Shown here piece by piece: positions 10,518 to 20,124 of a stretch of DNA of 58,693 bases. The notes under the pieces were generated by a model. That model worked only from the letters and a program-made list of their open reading frames with translations. It ran no database searches and was not told the DNA's origin. The stretch's first letter is position 1; each line of letters opens with the position of its first letter. The translations under genes were made by a program, and so were the position numbers. Origin of the DNA: an uncultured Acetatifactor sp. (GTDB lineage Bacteria; Bacillota; Clostridia; Lachnospirales; Lachnospiraceae); the NCBI GenBank assembly GCA_964531725.1, contig CAZHEM010000001.1, positions 1 to 58,693 on the forward strand. The letters run 5' to 3'.

Positions 10518-13500
10518 TTATGAAAATTGGAACCACGCAAAGTCGAAATTACATCCAGGTAGGAATACGAAAGTCACTTTCTTGGCACCAACTACTGGCG
10601 CAATCTCAAAGGTGTGTGTCTCATATTGTTCCGAATATGGGAACTCTACCACTTGGGTACTATCACTCTCCCCTTCAAAACGAATCTGAACGGTATTATG
10701 TGGCAATGGAGTACGTCCGTGAATGGTTATTCTGCTGACACCAGTGTCACCAAAATTCAGAACGCCACAATCTATGGACACATTATTACCAATATTCTCT
10801 GCACCATTTTCTGTAATATGGTAGCTGTCTCCATAAATGGTTCCAGTTTCTATTACGGAAAGCTTTTCAAAGGCTTTTTCTATTTTGGTGAACATAAAAT
10901 CACGCAAAAAGAATTTATCTTTCGCCACAATACTAATGGTATGAATACCCTTAATGCGTCTATTCAATGTAAATGTATCTGGTTGGAAGGTCTTCCAGAT
11001 GCCTGGTTTTTGATAAATCACGTCAGCTAGCAATTCTGCGTCTTCTTCGTTAGGAATTCCACTCCATATTTCAATTGGATGTGGATCACTGTCATTGGCA
11101 AAAATAGCTAGGGTAATCTTATCACTTCCATAATCGCCTAAGTCTAAATTGTGGTATGTAATTACAGTCTTATTTTCCTTATCGGTGCCTGCGCTATTTT
11201 CATCGCCTCTTCCCACATGTCCTTGCTTCTCATCATAGGTACAACCAACGATTGGCGCATAAGGGTCTCGATAAGCTGCTCCCATACCCTGAATCTGTAG
11301 CTCCAACTGAGAAATAAGCTTTACCTTATCCGTGCCATTTTTCGTCATACAACGAACTACAAATTCTCCATCTCCAATGCCTGTTACCTTAACACTGCTG
11401 CCATCCTCTAATATTTCTAGCTGGGCAATGGCACATGGAGCTCCACTTAAATCGGTTAATGTCCAGATAAGCTCCTTGTCACTGGCATCCTCTGGATAAA
11501 GGGTCGCATGGACAATAGTAGATGTGGATTCTGTTGTTATTACATTATTCTCTGTGCTCAGTTCAATTTTACGAGCAGGTACTAGACCGAGAGGCACATT
11601 TGCCAATGGGCATAAAGTATTCTCCTGCCTAGCACAGATACCCTCTCTAATAGGAGCTGGTTCCGCACGGAATCGTAATATAGCAGGTTCTACATACTGA
11701 GGCTCTGTCTGGTTCTTCAGAATTTCCATTCCCGCAACACATCCTGCACCGTTCTGCTCATCTGTAAGTACTCTGGCATCCTCCACACGCAGTTCAATGT
11801 CGCCTGCTTCTTTTTTCGCTGCAAGAATTGCCAACAACTTACCATTGAACAGTTTACGCACGGTTCCCTTGTATTGGTCAAAATCAGCACTATCGCCATT
11901 ATCTAATCCCACTAAACGCGCTGCTCCAGACACTCTTACATGCACATAATCCGAAGCATTTTCCACAGGATAACCCTCTTTATCCTGTGTACTAATCTCT
12001 ACAAAGATTAGATCTTCTCCATCTGCCTTCATAACCGTTTTATTTGGTGTTAACACGATTCTATGGGAATTTCCAAAGGAATGTCTCTCTTCCTCTGCAA
12101 TCGGATTGCCCTGCTCATCATATGCCACAGCTTTGATGCTACCCTTTACATAGAGCACTTTGAAATGTGGCTGTAAGTCTGTTCCATGCAGATGGTCAAT
12201 CTTCTGCTTACCTTGAGATTCTCCATTCACAAAAAGCTCCACATAAGGGGCATTACTGGTCACACGAATATCTATCATCTGACCTGGGTTAAAATCCCAA
12301 TATGGATACACATGCACCATCGGATTCTTATGATAATCTGTCCACTCTGCCTGATATAAGTAGAAAGAATCCTTCGGGAATCCCGCTGTATCTATCTGTC
12401 CAAAATAACTATTCTTGGTCTGATACGGAGTTGGCTCTCCTATATAATCAAAAGCAGTCCAGATAAACTGTCCGCAGGAATACTCTCTATCTCTATCCAT
12501 GGTAATACAATATTCTGCATTTTTTGCCGCCCAACTTGCAGTGCTATTGCCTAATGCCGAGCATTGCTCATCTTCTTCTATCAAGCTACCTTTATCTAAT
12601 GGGAAGTGATATACCCCTCTACTCTGCAATACCGAAGAAGTCTCGCTACCATAGATAATCCAATCTGGGTATTTGGCATGGTGCTCATCGTAATATCTTT
12701 CAGCGTAATTATAACCAGCAAATTTCACAATATCTGCACATTTCTGGGCATTTTCCCATGGCATATAGTTGGAGCCAATGGTGATAGGCGCGTTGCAACG
12801 ATAATCCCATTCTCTCACATAATCTATTAAATATCTTGTAATCTCTTGACCATGAGTGTCTGCGTGGGTATCCGATATTTCATTACCGATACTCCACATA
12901 ATAATGCTAGGATGGTTGCGGTCCCTACGAATCCAGCTACGCACATCCTTTCCAGACCACTCTTTGAAAAAGCGACCATAGTCATAGGTGGTCTTCTGAA
13001 TCTCCCACATGTCAAAGGCCTCTGACACCACCAAAAATCCCATTTCATCCGCCATATCCATTAATTCCACGGCTGGCATATTGTGGGAAGTACGAATGGC
13101 ATTCACACCCATGGAACGCATGATTTCTAACTTTCTACGCATTGCAACTTTATTAAATGCAGCACCCAATGCTCCTAAATCGTGATGGTCACAGGCACCA
13201 TTCAGGCGCACTTTTCTACCGTTGAGTAAAAAGCCTTTTTCTGGTGAGTATTCTATTTTACGGAAACCGATACGTTGAGTTTCTGTCTGAACCAATTCGT
13301 TCCTATACAGCTTGGTCTGTAATGTATATAAATTAGGCTCTGTAATATCCCAAATATGTGGATTCTCTACATAAAAACTTACTGTATGCTTGTCACAAGC
13401 TTCTGGTAAGGAGCTTCTGCCTTGCCATACCACTTCATCTTGATAATATAAAATATGTTCTAGTTCATACTTAGAATCTGGTGTCTCTTTTATACTAGTT

Positions 13501-14126
13501 CCAGGCGTTATCTTTTCAACGTCATCATATTTTATGACACTCTCGTCACATGTCTTTTTTGCAAGATTCTCTAAATTTTCAATACATTGTACTGGCTTCA
13601 TCTCAGCAATCTCTGTCGCTACTTCTACCTGATACATCCCATTCTCTTCCTCAGAATGCACATAGATTCCATCACAAGGGATATGTACCTCTGGAAGTCT
13701 GATAAGCCATACATTACGATAGATTCCCGCACCACTATACCAGCGACTGTTAGGGGCTTGATGTACCACTTTTACTACTACTTCATTCTCACCTTCCTGC
13801 AAAAATTCAGTAATATTCCACTCAAAAGTAGAGTAGCCGTATTTCCATTCACCTACTTTTTGTTCGTTTACATAGACTGTAGAATCCATGTACACACCTT
13901 CAAAACGCAAGATATAATTACCCACAATTGACTCATCTACACAGAATTTCTTCTGATACCAACCGATACTATCCTCATATAAGTCCAATGTATTATAAAT
14001 CAACCAGTCATGTGGCAAATCCACAGCAATCATACCCTTTTCCCACTGTGTTCTGTCTTCCCATGCTACATTTAAATCCGTCTTGGCAAACTGCCAACCT
14101 TCATTCCAAAGAATTTTCTGATTCAT
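10518..14126 (-). CDS. Glycoside hydrolase family 2 (beta-galactosidase-like) with C-terminal Ig-like/CBM-like domains
   Basis: LPHDW, RFEGVY, RWYSGAGIYR, NAIRTSHN, WSIGNE (acid/base Glu), GSET (nucleophile), FDYIGEPTP. Confidence 0.93.
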   Translation of the reverse strand: MNQKILWNEGWQFAKTDLNVAWEDRTQWEKGMIAVDLPHDWLIYNTLDLYEDSIGWYQKKFCVDESIVGNYILRFEGVYMDSTVYVNEQKVGEWKYGYSTFEWNITEFLQEGENEVVVKVVHQAPNSRWYSGAGIYRNVWLIRLPEVHIPCDGIYVHSEEENGMYQVEVATEIAEMKPVQCIENLENLAKKTCDESVIKYDDVEKITPGTSIKETPDSKYELEHILYYQDEVVWQGRSSLPEACDKHTVSFYVENPHIWDITEPNLYTLQTKLYRNELVQTETQRIGFRKIEYSPEKGFLLNGRKVRLNGACDHHDLGALGAAFNKVAMRRKLEIMRSMGVNAIRTSHNMPAVELMDMADEMGFLVVSEAFDMWEIQKTTYDYGRFFKEWSGKDVRSWIRRDRNHPSIIMWSIGNEISDTHADTHGQEITRYLIDYVREWDYRCNAPITIGSNYMPWENAQKCADIVKFAGYNYAERYYDEHHAKYPDWIIYGSETSSVLQSRGVYHFPLDKGSLIEEDEQCSALGNSTASWAAKNAEYCITMDRDREYSCGQFIWTAFDYIGEPTPYQTKNSYFGQIDTAGFPKDSFYLYQAEWTDYHKNPMVHVYPYWDFNPGQMIDIRVTSNAPYVELFVNGESQGKQKIDHLHGTDLQPHFKVLYVKGSIKAVAYDEQGNPIAEEERHSFGNSHRIVLTPNKTVMKADGEDLIFVEISTQDKEGYPVENASDYVHVRVSGAARLVGLDNGDSADFDQYKGTVRKLFNGKLLAILAAKKEAGDIELRVEDARVLTDEQNGAGCVAGMEILKNQTEPQYVEPAILRFRAEPAPIREGICARQENTLCPLANVPLGLVPARKIELSTENNVITTESTSTIVHATLYPEDASDKELIWTLTDLSGAPCAIAQLEILEDGSSVKVTGIGDGEFVVRCMTKNGTDKVKLISQLELQIQGMGAAYRDPYAPIVGCTYDEKQGHVGRGDENSAGTDKENKTVITYHNLDLGDYGSDKITLAIFANDSDPHPIEIWSGIPNEEDAELLADVIYQKPGIWKTFQPDTFTLNRRIKGIHTISIVAKDKFFLRDFMFTKIEKAFEKLSVIETGTIYGDSYHITENGAENIGNNVSIDCGVLNFGDTGVSRITIHGRTPLPHNTVQIRFEGESDSTQVVEFPYSEQYETHTFEIAPVVGAKKVTFVFLPGCNFDFAWFQFS

Positions 14127-14296
14127 TATCTTGCCCCACCCTTTCTATAATTTACTTCATTCTAGTACCCAATCTGACCTATATCTTGCTTTATCTCATT
14201 CGCTATATCCCCATTTTATATCATTGTTCATTCCATTACTAGTATTTCAGATATAAAATCAGATTCACAAATTTTGTTTCACTTATAATTTAACTA

Positions 14297-14339
14297 AAAA
14301 AGGCAATAGCTGGACTTTTCATCCATTGCTATTGCCTTA
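14297..14339 (-). terminator. Rho-independent terminator after the PAP2 gene
   Basis: AAGGCAATAGC...GCTATTGCCTT stem; the A-run at 14297 gives the U-tract on the minus strand. Confidence 0.75.
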
Positions 14340-14348
14340 TCACTCTTT

Positions 14349-14873
14349 TTAATTCAATTGTCCCTTGCACTTCATCCACTTGCTAAAGCCCAAATATACC
14401 AAGCATGCATCTACACATCCCAACAATACGCCACACAACACATCTGTTGGGTAATGCACAAATAAGTACATTCTAGAAAACGCAATGGTTGCTGCTGCCA
14501 ACAGGGCAATCACACCTGGTTTTTTATAATAAAAGAAAATCGTTAAAGCAGCGGTAAAGCTACTTGCAGAATGTCCTGATGGAAAGGAAAAAGAGCTCGG
14601 TGCTTTCACAATAAGTTCCACACTTGGATCAGCCAAGAAAGGTCTTGGTCTTGCTACAATTGGTTTTATAATCATATTGCCAATGATATGGGTTATCAAC
14701 ATGGATAGTAAAACGTTAATACCGCATCTTCGCGTCTTTGGTATAATAGCTAATATCAGTCCAATGGCAATCCAACCCAAGCCCGAATCCCCAAAAGTCG
14801 TAAAGGTCACCATGATAGCATCTAGCAATTCATTATGCCAGCCTTGTATCATGTGCAAAATCTGTAATTCCAT
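14349..14873 (-). CDS. PAP2 family phosphatase (undecaprenyl-PP phosphatase-like)
   Basis: KxxxxxRP, SFPSGH, SRMYLFVHYPTD motifs. Confidence 0.92.
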   Translation of the reverse strand: MELQILHMIQGWHNELLDAIMVTFTTFGDSGLGWIAIGLILAIIPKTRRCGINVLLSMLITHIIGNMIIKPIVARPRPFLADPSVELIVKAPSSFSFPSGHSASSFTAALTIFFYYKKPGVIALLAAATIAFSRMYLFVHYPTDVLCGVLLGCVDACLVYLGFSKWMKCKGQLN

Positions 14874-14912
14874 ATCGTATTCTCCACTTTTATCTTATCA
14901 TAGCCTTATGCA

Positions 14913-15566
14913 CTAATCACACATTTTATCCAAGAATGCCTTTGCATTCGCTGCCACATCATCCTTGAACACAGCAGAACCAGCCACAATCACGTTGGCA
15001 CCTGCATCTAAAGCTAACTGTACATTATCAATATTAATGCCACCGTCTACTTCGATATCTACATTCAATCCCTTGTCCTCAATCATCTTGCGGATTACAG
15101 GAACTTTGTCGATACATTCAGGAATCAGCTTCTGTCCGCCAAAACCTGGTTCCACAGTCATTACCAACACCATATCTACCAGATGAAGATATTGCTCTAC
15201 TACCTCCGCTGGAGTGTTAGGTTTAATGGTAATGCCTACTTTTTTACCATGCTCACGTATCTTGGCAATGGTCTCTTCCACTACTTCAGTGGCTTCCAAA
15301 TGAAAGTTAATCAAATCTGCGCCAGAAGCTGCGAACTCATCAACGTAACGCTCTGGCTTCTCTATCATAAGATGTACATCAAAGAACATATTTGTTTTCT
15401 TACGAATGGATGCAATCACGGGCATTCCATAGGAAATAGAGGGTACAAATAATCCGTCCATAACATCAATGTGTAAATACTGTGCTCCCGCCTGTTCAAT
15501 CTGTTCAATTTGTTCTCCCAGCTTCCAAAAATCTGCGGATAGCATGGATGGTGCTAAAATATTCAT
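14913..15566 (-). CDS. rpe: Ribulose-phosphate 3-epimerase
   Basis: APSMLSAD, HIDVMDG, DVHLM, MTVEPGFGGQ, VDGG. Start moved to MNILAPS (ATG 15566, SD AAAGG). Confidence 0.97.
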   Translation of the reverse strand: MNILAPSMLSADFWKLGEQIEQIEQAGAQYLHIDVMDGLFVPSISYGMPVIASIRKKTNMFFDVHLMIEKPERYVDEFAASGADLINFHLEATEVVEETIAKIREHGKKVGITIKPNTPAEVVEQYLHLVDMVLVMTVEPGFGGQKLIPECIDKVPVIRKMIEDKGLNVDIEVDGGINIDNVQLALDAGANVIVAGSAVFKDDVAANAKAFLDKMCD

Positions 15567-15630
15567 GTTAAACTTACGCCTTTCCGTAACCCAATTTTCC
15601 CACGCCCCATTGTAGCAAAAAAGTTTCAAA

Positions 15631-16386
15631 CTAGCAAGATTGTAACATCTTTTGTTCTATTTCTTTGATTACTTCGAGAGGAATGCCTAGGAAATCAGAT
15701 ACGATTTGGGCATCTTTGTTGCGTTTAAGGCAGTTGATAATAAGTTCTTCTTTTGCCGCATTCTCTCTTTCTACCATCTTATCCTCCATTAATTCTTCTA
15801 ATGCATCACACATCTTTTTTACCTCCTCGAATTTCTCATGATTGGCTCGCACAATGATATCCATTGCCGATTTATATAAATGTTCATCTTTATATTTGCC
15901 ATATTCTTCAATCAATTGTTCTATCTCATTGGTTTCTGTCAAATCATTGGTTAAATGGCTTAGCCACAGATTGTTTTCCTTCGACAGTTCCGATGTCACA
16001 ATCAACTGCATCGGTATAATATCTCCTTGAATATAGTATATTCCTACCTCTGGTCTACTTACAAGCAAATATCGACTATGTTCTAAGTGTTCCATCATAC
16101 TATGCGGATACTTTTTACTAACAAAAGTCACTGTTATCTCATCCGCCTTTATTCCATCTACCTTCGCCACATCCGACTTATAAAAACATGCATATCCATA
16201 CACCTTATAAAAGTCATCGATACTCAAATAATCATCTGGGCTCTTATATTCCACAATGTTATGCTTACGGAATATCCGACCTAGATTCTTCTGAATCTGC
16301 TCCTCAGAATTCTTCTTAATAATCAGTACGTCAATTTCTTTTGGTTTTGTTCCCAGCACCTATTTGTCTTTGGTCTTTTTCGCCAT
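15631..16386 (-). pseudogene. Rpn/YhgA-like PD-(D/E)XK nuclease family protein with an in-frame stop after codon 8
   Basis: SD AGGAGG then ATG 16386 MAKKTKDK-TAG-GTG(16359) LGTKPKEIDVLIIKK...HNIVEYKSPDD...YACFYK; D...EYK nuclease-like motif; helical C-terminal tail. Confidence 0.6.
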
Positions 16387-16597
16387 ATGTCCTCCTTGAA
16401 AAATGCTAGGAGTCCACCTCTCACGAAAACTCCTGCTTGAATTGTGAAATAAAGCATGAATTTTCTGAAAGAAACAGACCAGTGTCTGTCTATGGATTTG
16501 TAAAAGAATACGGATGTCCGTAATTGATTTGATTTAGAAAATATGCTTTGTATCAGCGTAGCATATGAGAAATAGAAAGGCAAATTAAATTTTATTA

Positions 16598-16650
16598 AAA
16601 GCCTTACAAATACCACTATTCCCAATTAGGTAGTAGTACTCATAAGGCTT
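16598..16650 (-). terminator. Hairpin downstream of the DUF2500-like gene
   Basis: AAAGCCTTA...TAAGGCTTT stem with an imperfect inner stem. Confidence 0.55.
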
Positions 16651-16661
16651 TCTCAATCTTA

Positions 16662-17105
16662 TTAATTGCCAAAGGACTTATCCATGGTCACAAAAGCAGC
16701 ACCATTCTTTTCATTAGACGCTATAATATCTCCAAATTGAAGCAACACATCGCCTGTATAGACCAGTTCACCGCTTGCGCCTTCCTGTATCTTATCGAAT
16801 ATGTTCTGCGCTACTTCTAACTCCACCTGCTTGCCAGTTCCTTGCTCTTCAAAAAGGATTTTGTACACCTGCCCTTTTTCAGCTACACCTAAGTCCACTT
16901 GTCCTGTAGTCATATAGGCTTGCTGGTGCACATAGTCTGCGCATGCTTTGGAAAGCACCTTGGCAGAAGTAGTAATGGTCTTATTACTGGTACGCTTTTT
17001 CACTTCTTTGACAACAAGCCATAGGATATACCCCACTACAATTACCACAAATAAAATAGTTACAATGTTCTCTGCTATACTGAATTCCACTTCTGACATA
17101 TTCAT
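16662..17105 (-). CDS. Single-TM membrane protein, DUF2500-like
   Basis: N-terminal TM helix, then 'AKVLSK...YKILFE...ELEV...FDKIQEGASGELVYTG'. Start at ATG 17105 with SD AGGAGG. Confidence 0.6.
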   Translation of the reverse strand: MNMSEVEFSIAENIVTILFVVIVVGYILWLVVKEVKKRTSNKTITTSAKVLSKACADYVHQQAYMTTGQVDLGVAEKGQVYKILFEEQGTGKQVELEVAQNIFDKIQEGASGELVYTGDVLLQFGDIIASNEKNGAAFVTMDKSFGN

Positions 17106-17124
17106 TGTTTTATCCCTCCTTCTC

Positions 17125-17394
17125 TCACAATTTTTCCGCATTGTACTCTGGCTGTCCGTCCGCATCTAATTCTGCATTTGGAATCTCATCCAATAGACTG
17201 CTATCTTCTTCGGCTGCATATTCTTTTATCGTTGTTTCTGTCACCAAATCTTCCGTAGTATTTTCGCCACTTTGAGCACTCTCCGTCGCATTAGTAACAC
17301 TATCCGTCTCAAGGTTACCAGATGCTTCTCCCACCGCGCAACCACCTAAAAGCATAGTTGCACATATGAATATTGCTAATATTTTTTTCTTCAC
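17125..17394 (-). CDS. Small acidic lipoprotein, hypothetical
   Basis: Lipobox LLGGC after MKKK plus a hydrophobic core; acidic low-complexity remainder. Confidence 0.55.
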   Translation of the reverse strand: MKKKILAIFICATMLLGGCAVGEASGNLETDSVTNATESAQSGENTTEDLVTETTIKEYAAEEDSSLLDEIPNAELDADGQPEYNAEKL

Positions 17395-17507
17395 CGTTAT
17401 TCCCCATCCCTTTTGTCAGTCTTATGTTCTTTGATATAAATATTGCAAGCTTGTACAATCTTCACACCTACATAACAAGCGAACACAATCAGTCCAAGCT
17501 TTATTAG

Positions 17508-18137
17508 CTACTCCGCACCCTCTGCTCCAGTCATTAATGATTCATAAAATACCTTTGCATCCTCATATTTCGGCATAAATTCCTGCTCAAAATATTCCTG
17601 TGTCGCAGGATAAATTATCGTGTTGTAATAAATATTCCAATATTCCTCAACCGACCAGCACTCCGTATCCCCCACTTTATACGCTATCCCGTCTCGGAAT
17701 TCTTGCTTGATATCCTGCTCCACGTTATGATTCAATTCTTGCACCAAATACCCAAACGCCTTTTCTTCTTTATTATCTTCAGTAATGGAATACCCATTCT
17801 GCCTACCATACTCATACATACGAGCCTCTCGCATCAACTTCTCAAGTGCCATAGCATCCGCATCAGTTTCCGAAAAATCATCTTGTCTATATTGTGACAC
17901 CATCAGCGCATAGTAATAATTAAAGTCCTCTTCCCCCGAAACCATCTCAGCCGTCTCAATCTCTTCCATCAGCTTCTGCAACTTTGCTCTCCCAAAATCA
18001 TCTGTTGTACGACGCAACAATATCATTTGCACTGCAGTAACCGTCTCCGTTTCCGGCAATTGGATTGCTTCCTCGACCTTATTACTACAACCGACTAAAA
18101 ATATACCCAATAGTAATGCACAAAGTACCTTCTTCAT
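17508..18137 (-). CDS. Hypothetical lipoprotein
   Basis: MKKVLCALLLGIFLVGC lipobox; SD GGGGAG; ATG 18137. Confidence 0.7.
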   Translation of the reverse strand: MKKVLCALLLGIFLVGCSNKVEEAIQLPETETVTAVQMILLRRTTDDFGRAKLQKLMEEIETAEMVSGEEDFNYYYALMVSQYRQDDFSETDADAMALEKLMREARMYEYGRQNGYSITEDNKEEKAFGYLVQELNHNVEQDIKQEFRDGIAYKVGDTECWSVEEYWNIYYNTIIYPATQEYFEQEFMPKYEDAKVFYESLMTGAEGAE

Positions 18138-18219
18138 CTTACGTCTCCCCACTATGTTGCTTTATTACTTTGCTACGATAAAATCAGTATACTCCTATTT
18201 GCTACTCATTTCAATGCAC

Positions 18220-18266
18220 AGAAAGCCATAATTCGTTTGTGTAATACAAACCATCATGGCTTTCTA
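18220..18266 (-). terminator. Hairpin after the peptidase-lipoprotein pair
   Basis: AGAAAGCCAT...ATGGCTTTCT stem with inner GTTTGT/ACAAAC pairing; weak U-tract. Confidence 0.5.
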
Positions 18267-18313
18267 TCGCAATCTCTCTTATCAACAGAACAGTATCACT
18301 TACTTTCTGCACT

Positions 18314-19399
18314 CTACCTTGATTCCTTTTCCAGTTTCAATGTCCTTAGATATATTCCGTCTTCTTTATTAATCAACCAAGAAAAATCCTTCTCACTTAC
18401 AGATGCGCCCAATATCTCACCCGCCGGTGCATTCTCCAAGTCCATATAATTCAAAAAATCAACTGCATAGATTGTAGACGCTTTATAGTCCCAGAAATAT
18501 CCGGAAAATGGTCCTCTAAGCATCACTCCGTCTTCTGACTGACATGTGTTGTAGATAAGATTGCTTGATGATATATATGGCATAACCTGCTTATTTAATA
18601 TTGTCCCCTCTGACAATTCTCCTATCCATCCAGCCTCCTCGAGATATTCAATATCCTCTGTCTCAGATGCAAAGACGAATTTACCATCTCCTGTTATGGA
18701 CGTCATCGCACGTTCAATTGGATACTCTGCTATAACCCTTTCTTCTTCAAAACTATATTGATGTAACCAATATTCCGTATGCAACGCATCATATTTTCTT
18801 GTACAGAAATACAAGATTTCAGTGTCTCCACCAACACACCGCAAATCCTCACCCACCGTTGCCTTTTCTATTGTGTCATACAAGACTTCCGTCGTGTCCG
18901 TGTCTTTGTCCCATACTACAAGGGAATTACAAAACTCCATATTTTCGTTCCAATTATTCAAAATAAAAAATACTTTCTCCTCACAGGAATAAATATATGG
19001 TCGTTGAACTGCATTCTGCTCCAATAAAATTTCCGCTTGTTCTCCCTCAGATAAAAGTAGAATACGTAGTCCCTCAGTATCCGCAATACATATCATTGCA
19101 TTTTCCCCACTCATCGCACAAGATGCATAGGACATTGTTTGTACTTCTTCATGTAAAAGCTCAACTTCTCCATCCCAATCTTGAAAATAGATTCTTTGAA
19201 GGTCTTCACAATAGTAAACTCCATTATCCGTCTTACCGATATACCATGCATCTTTTGCAATATTTTGAATAGGTGTATCTGCTATCTGCCATAAATTTAT
19301 ATCTTGCACTATCCGTAATTCATCACTTTTACCACATCCACCAAGGCAAAACAACAACAACAACAATAATGTTATGCAAATTCTCGCACGTTTTACCAT
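18314..19399 (-). CDS. Hypothetical lipoprotein, beta-rich (possible beta-propeller); candidate immunity/partner protein
   Basis: MVKRARICITLLLLLLFCLGGC lipobox; ATG 19399 overlaps the end of the upstream peptidase gene; acidic, beta-strand-rich. Confidence 0.7.
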   Translation of the reverse strand: MVKRARICITLLLLLLFCLGGCGKSDELRIVQDINLWQIADTPIQNIAKDAWYIGKTDNGVYYCEDLQRIYFQDWDGEVELLHEEVQTMSYASCAMSGENAMICIADTEGLRILLLSEGEQAEILLEQNAVQRPYIYSCEEKVFFILNNWNENMEFCNSLVVWDKDTDTTEVLYDTIEKATVGEDLRCVGGDTEILYFCTRKYDALHTEYWLHQYSFEEERVIAEYPIERAMTSITGDGKFVFASETEDIEYLEEAGWIGELSEGTILNKQVMPYISSSNLIYNTCQSEDGVMLRGPFSGYFWDYKASTIYAVDFLNYMDLENAPAGEILGASVSEKDFSWLINKEDGIYLRTLKLEKESR

Positions 19400-20070
19400 A
19401 TAATCGCCTGTCTCCAATGGTTATTATTTGCACTATACAAATTTGATACGCTATGCCATACAGCAGTATTTTGCTCTCCATATGGATCGGTAATTGCAAC
19501 TCTTCCACTACTTTCACTATATCCACATACATTTACAAAATGTCCTGAACTAGAATATGAAAAACTACTAATCCCATTTGTATTAATATCTAATACTGCC
19601 GGACGCTGATAATATAAGCTATATCGTACTTTGTTGAGCCATTCACTCTGGGTTCCAATTGAAGAATATACATAATGTTCTTCTGAGATGTAATCATTTA
19701 ATACATCATCAATATCTGTCATAGTTGTACCATCAGTAGTAGTACCTAATATACTTGCATACTTGGATTGTGTTAATGAACTTCCATTAATATAGTGAAT
19801 TACCTGTTTTACAGTTGCCGGACCACAATAATAATTTGTCTCCTGTTGAAATCTTTTAACACTTAAAAGACAATAGCTAGGATAAGTTGCTCTCATTCTA
19901 CTAAACGCCGCCCATTTCGCCTGTTCCTTCTGTTCCATTTCTGCAGTTATGACCACTTCCTGTGCCCCTTCTTCTAAGGACAAATCTCCGTTCACTTCCT
20001 GTGCAAACGCAGTCATACTACTTGATAATAAGCAACATACTACTAATAATTTTGCTAGTACTTTCTTCAT
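19393..20070 (-). CDS. Secreted C39-like (papain-fold) cysteine peptidase
   Basis: Sec signal ending AFA, short pro-region, QQETNYYCGPA (oxyanion Gln and catalytic Cys), GHFVNVCGY (His), ITDPY (Asp). Confidence 0.85.
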   Translation of the reverse strand: MKKVLAKLLVVCCLLSSSMTAFAQEVNGDLSLEEGAQEVVITAEMEQKEQAKWAAFSRMRATYPSYCLLSVKRFQQETNYYCGPATVKQVIHYINGSSLTQSKYASILGTTTDGTTMTDIDDVLNDYISEEHYVYSSIGTQSEWLNKVRYSLYYQRPAVLDINTNGISSFSYSSSGHFVNVCGYSESSGRVAITDPYGEQNTAVWHSVSNLYSANNNHWRQAIIW

Positions 20071-20124
20071 CTGTTTCTTCCTTTCATTTGATTAATTTTA
20101 CATTCGTGCACGTCTGTTAACTTC

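Noticed and set aside
16360-16362. Pyrrolysine or programmed readthrough of the TAG in the Rpn-like gene
   Set aside because: No pyl genes in the window, and TAG is used as a normal stop elsewhere here; mutation is the simpler explanation.
16323-16625. 100-aa ORF overlapping the Rpn-like start
   Set aside because: It runs through a terminator and promoter region, has atypical composition and no SD.
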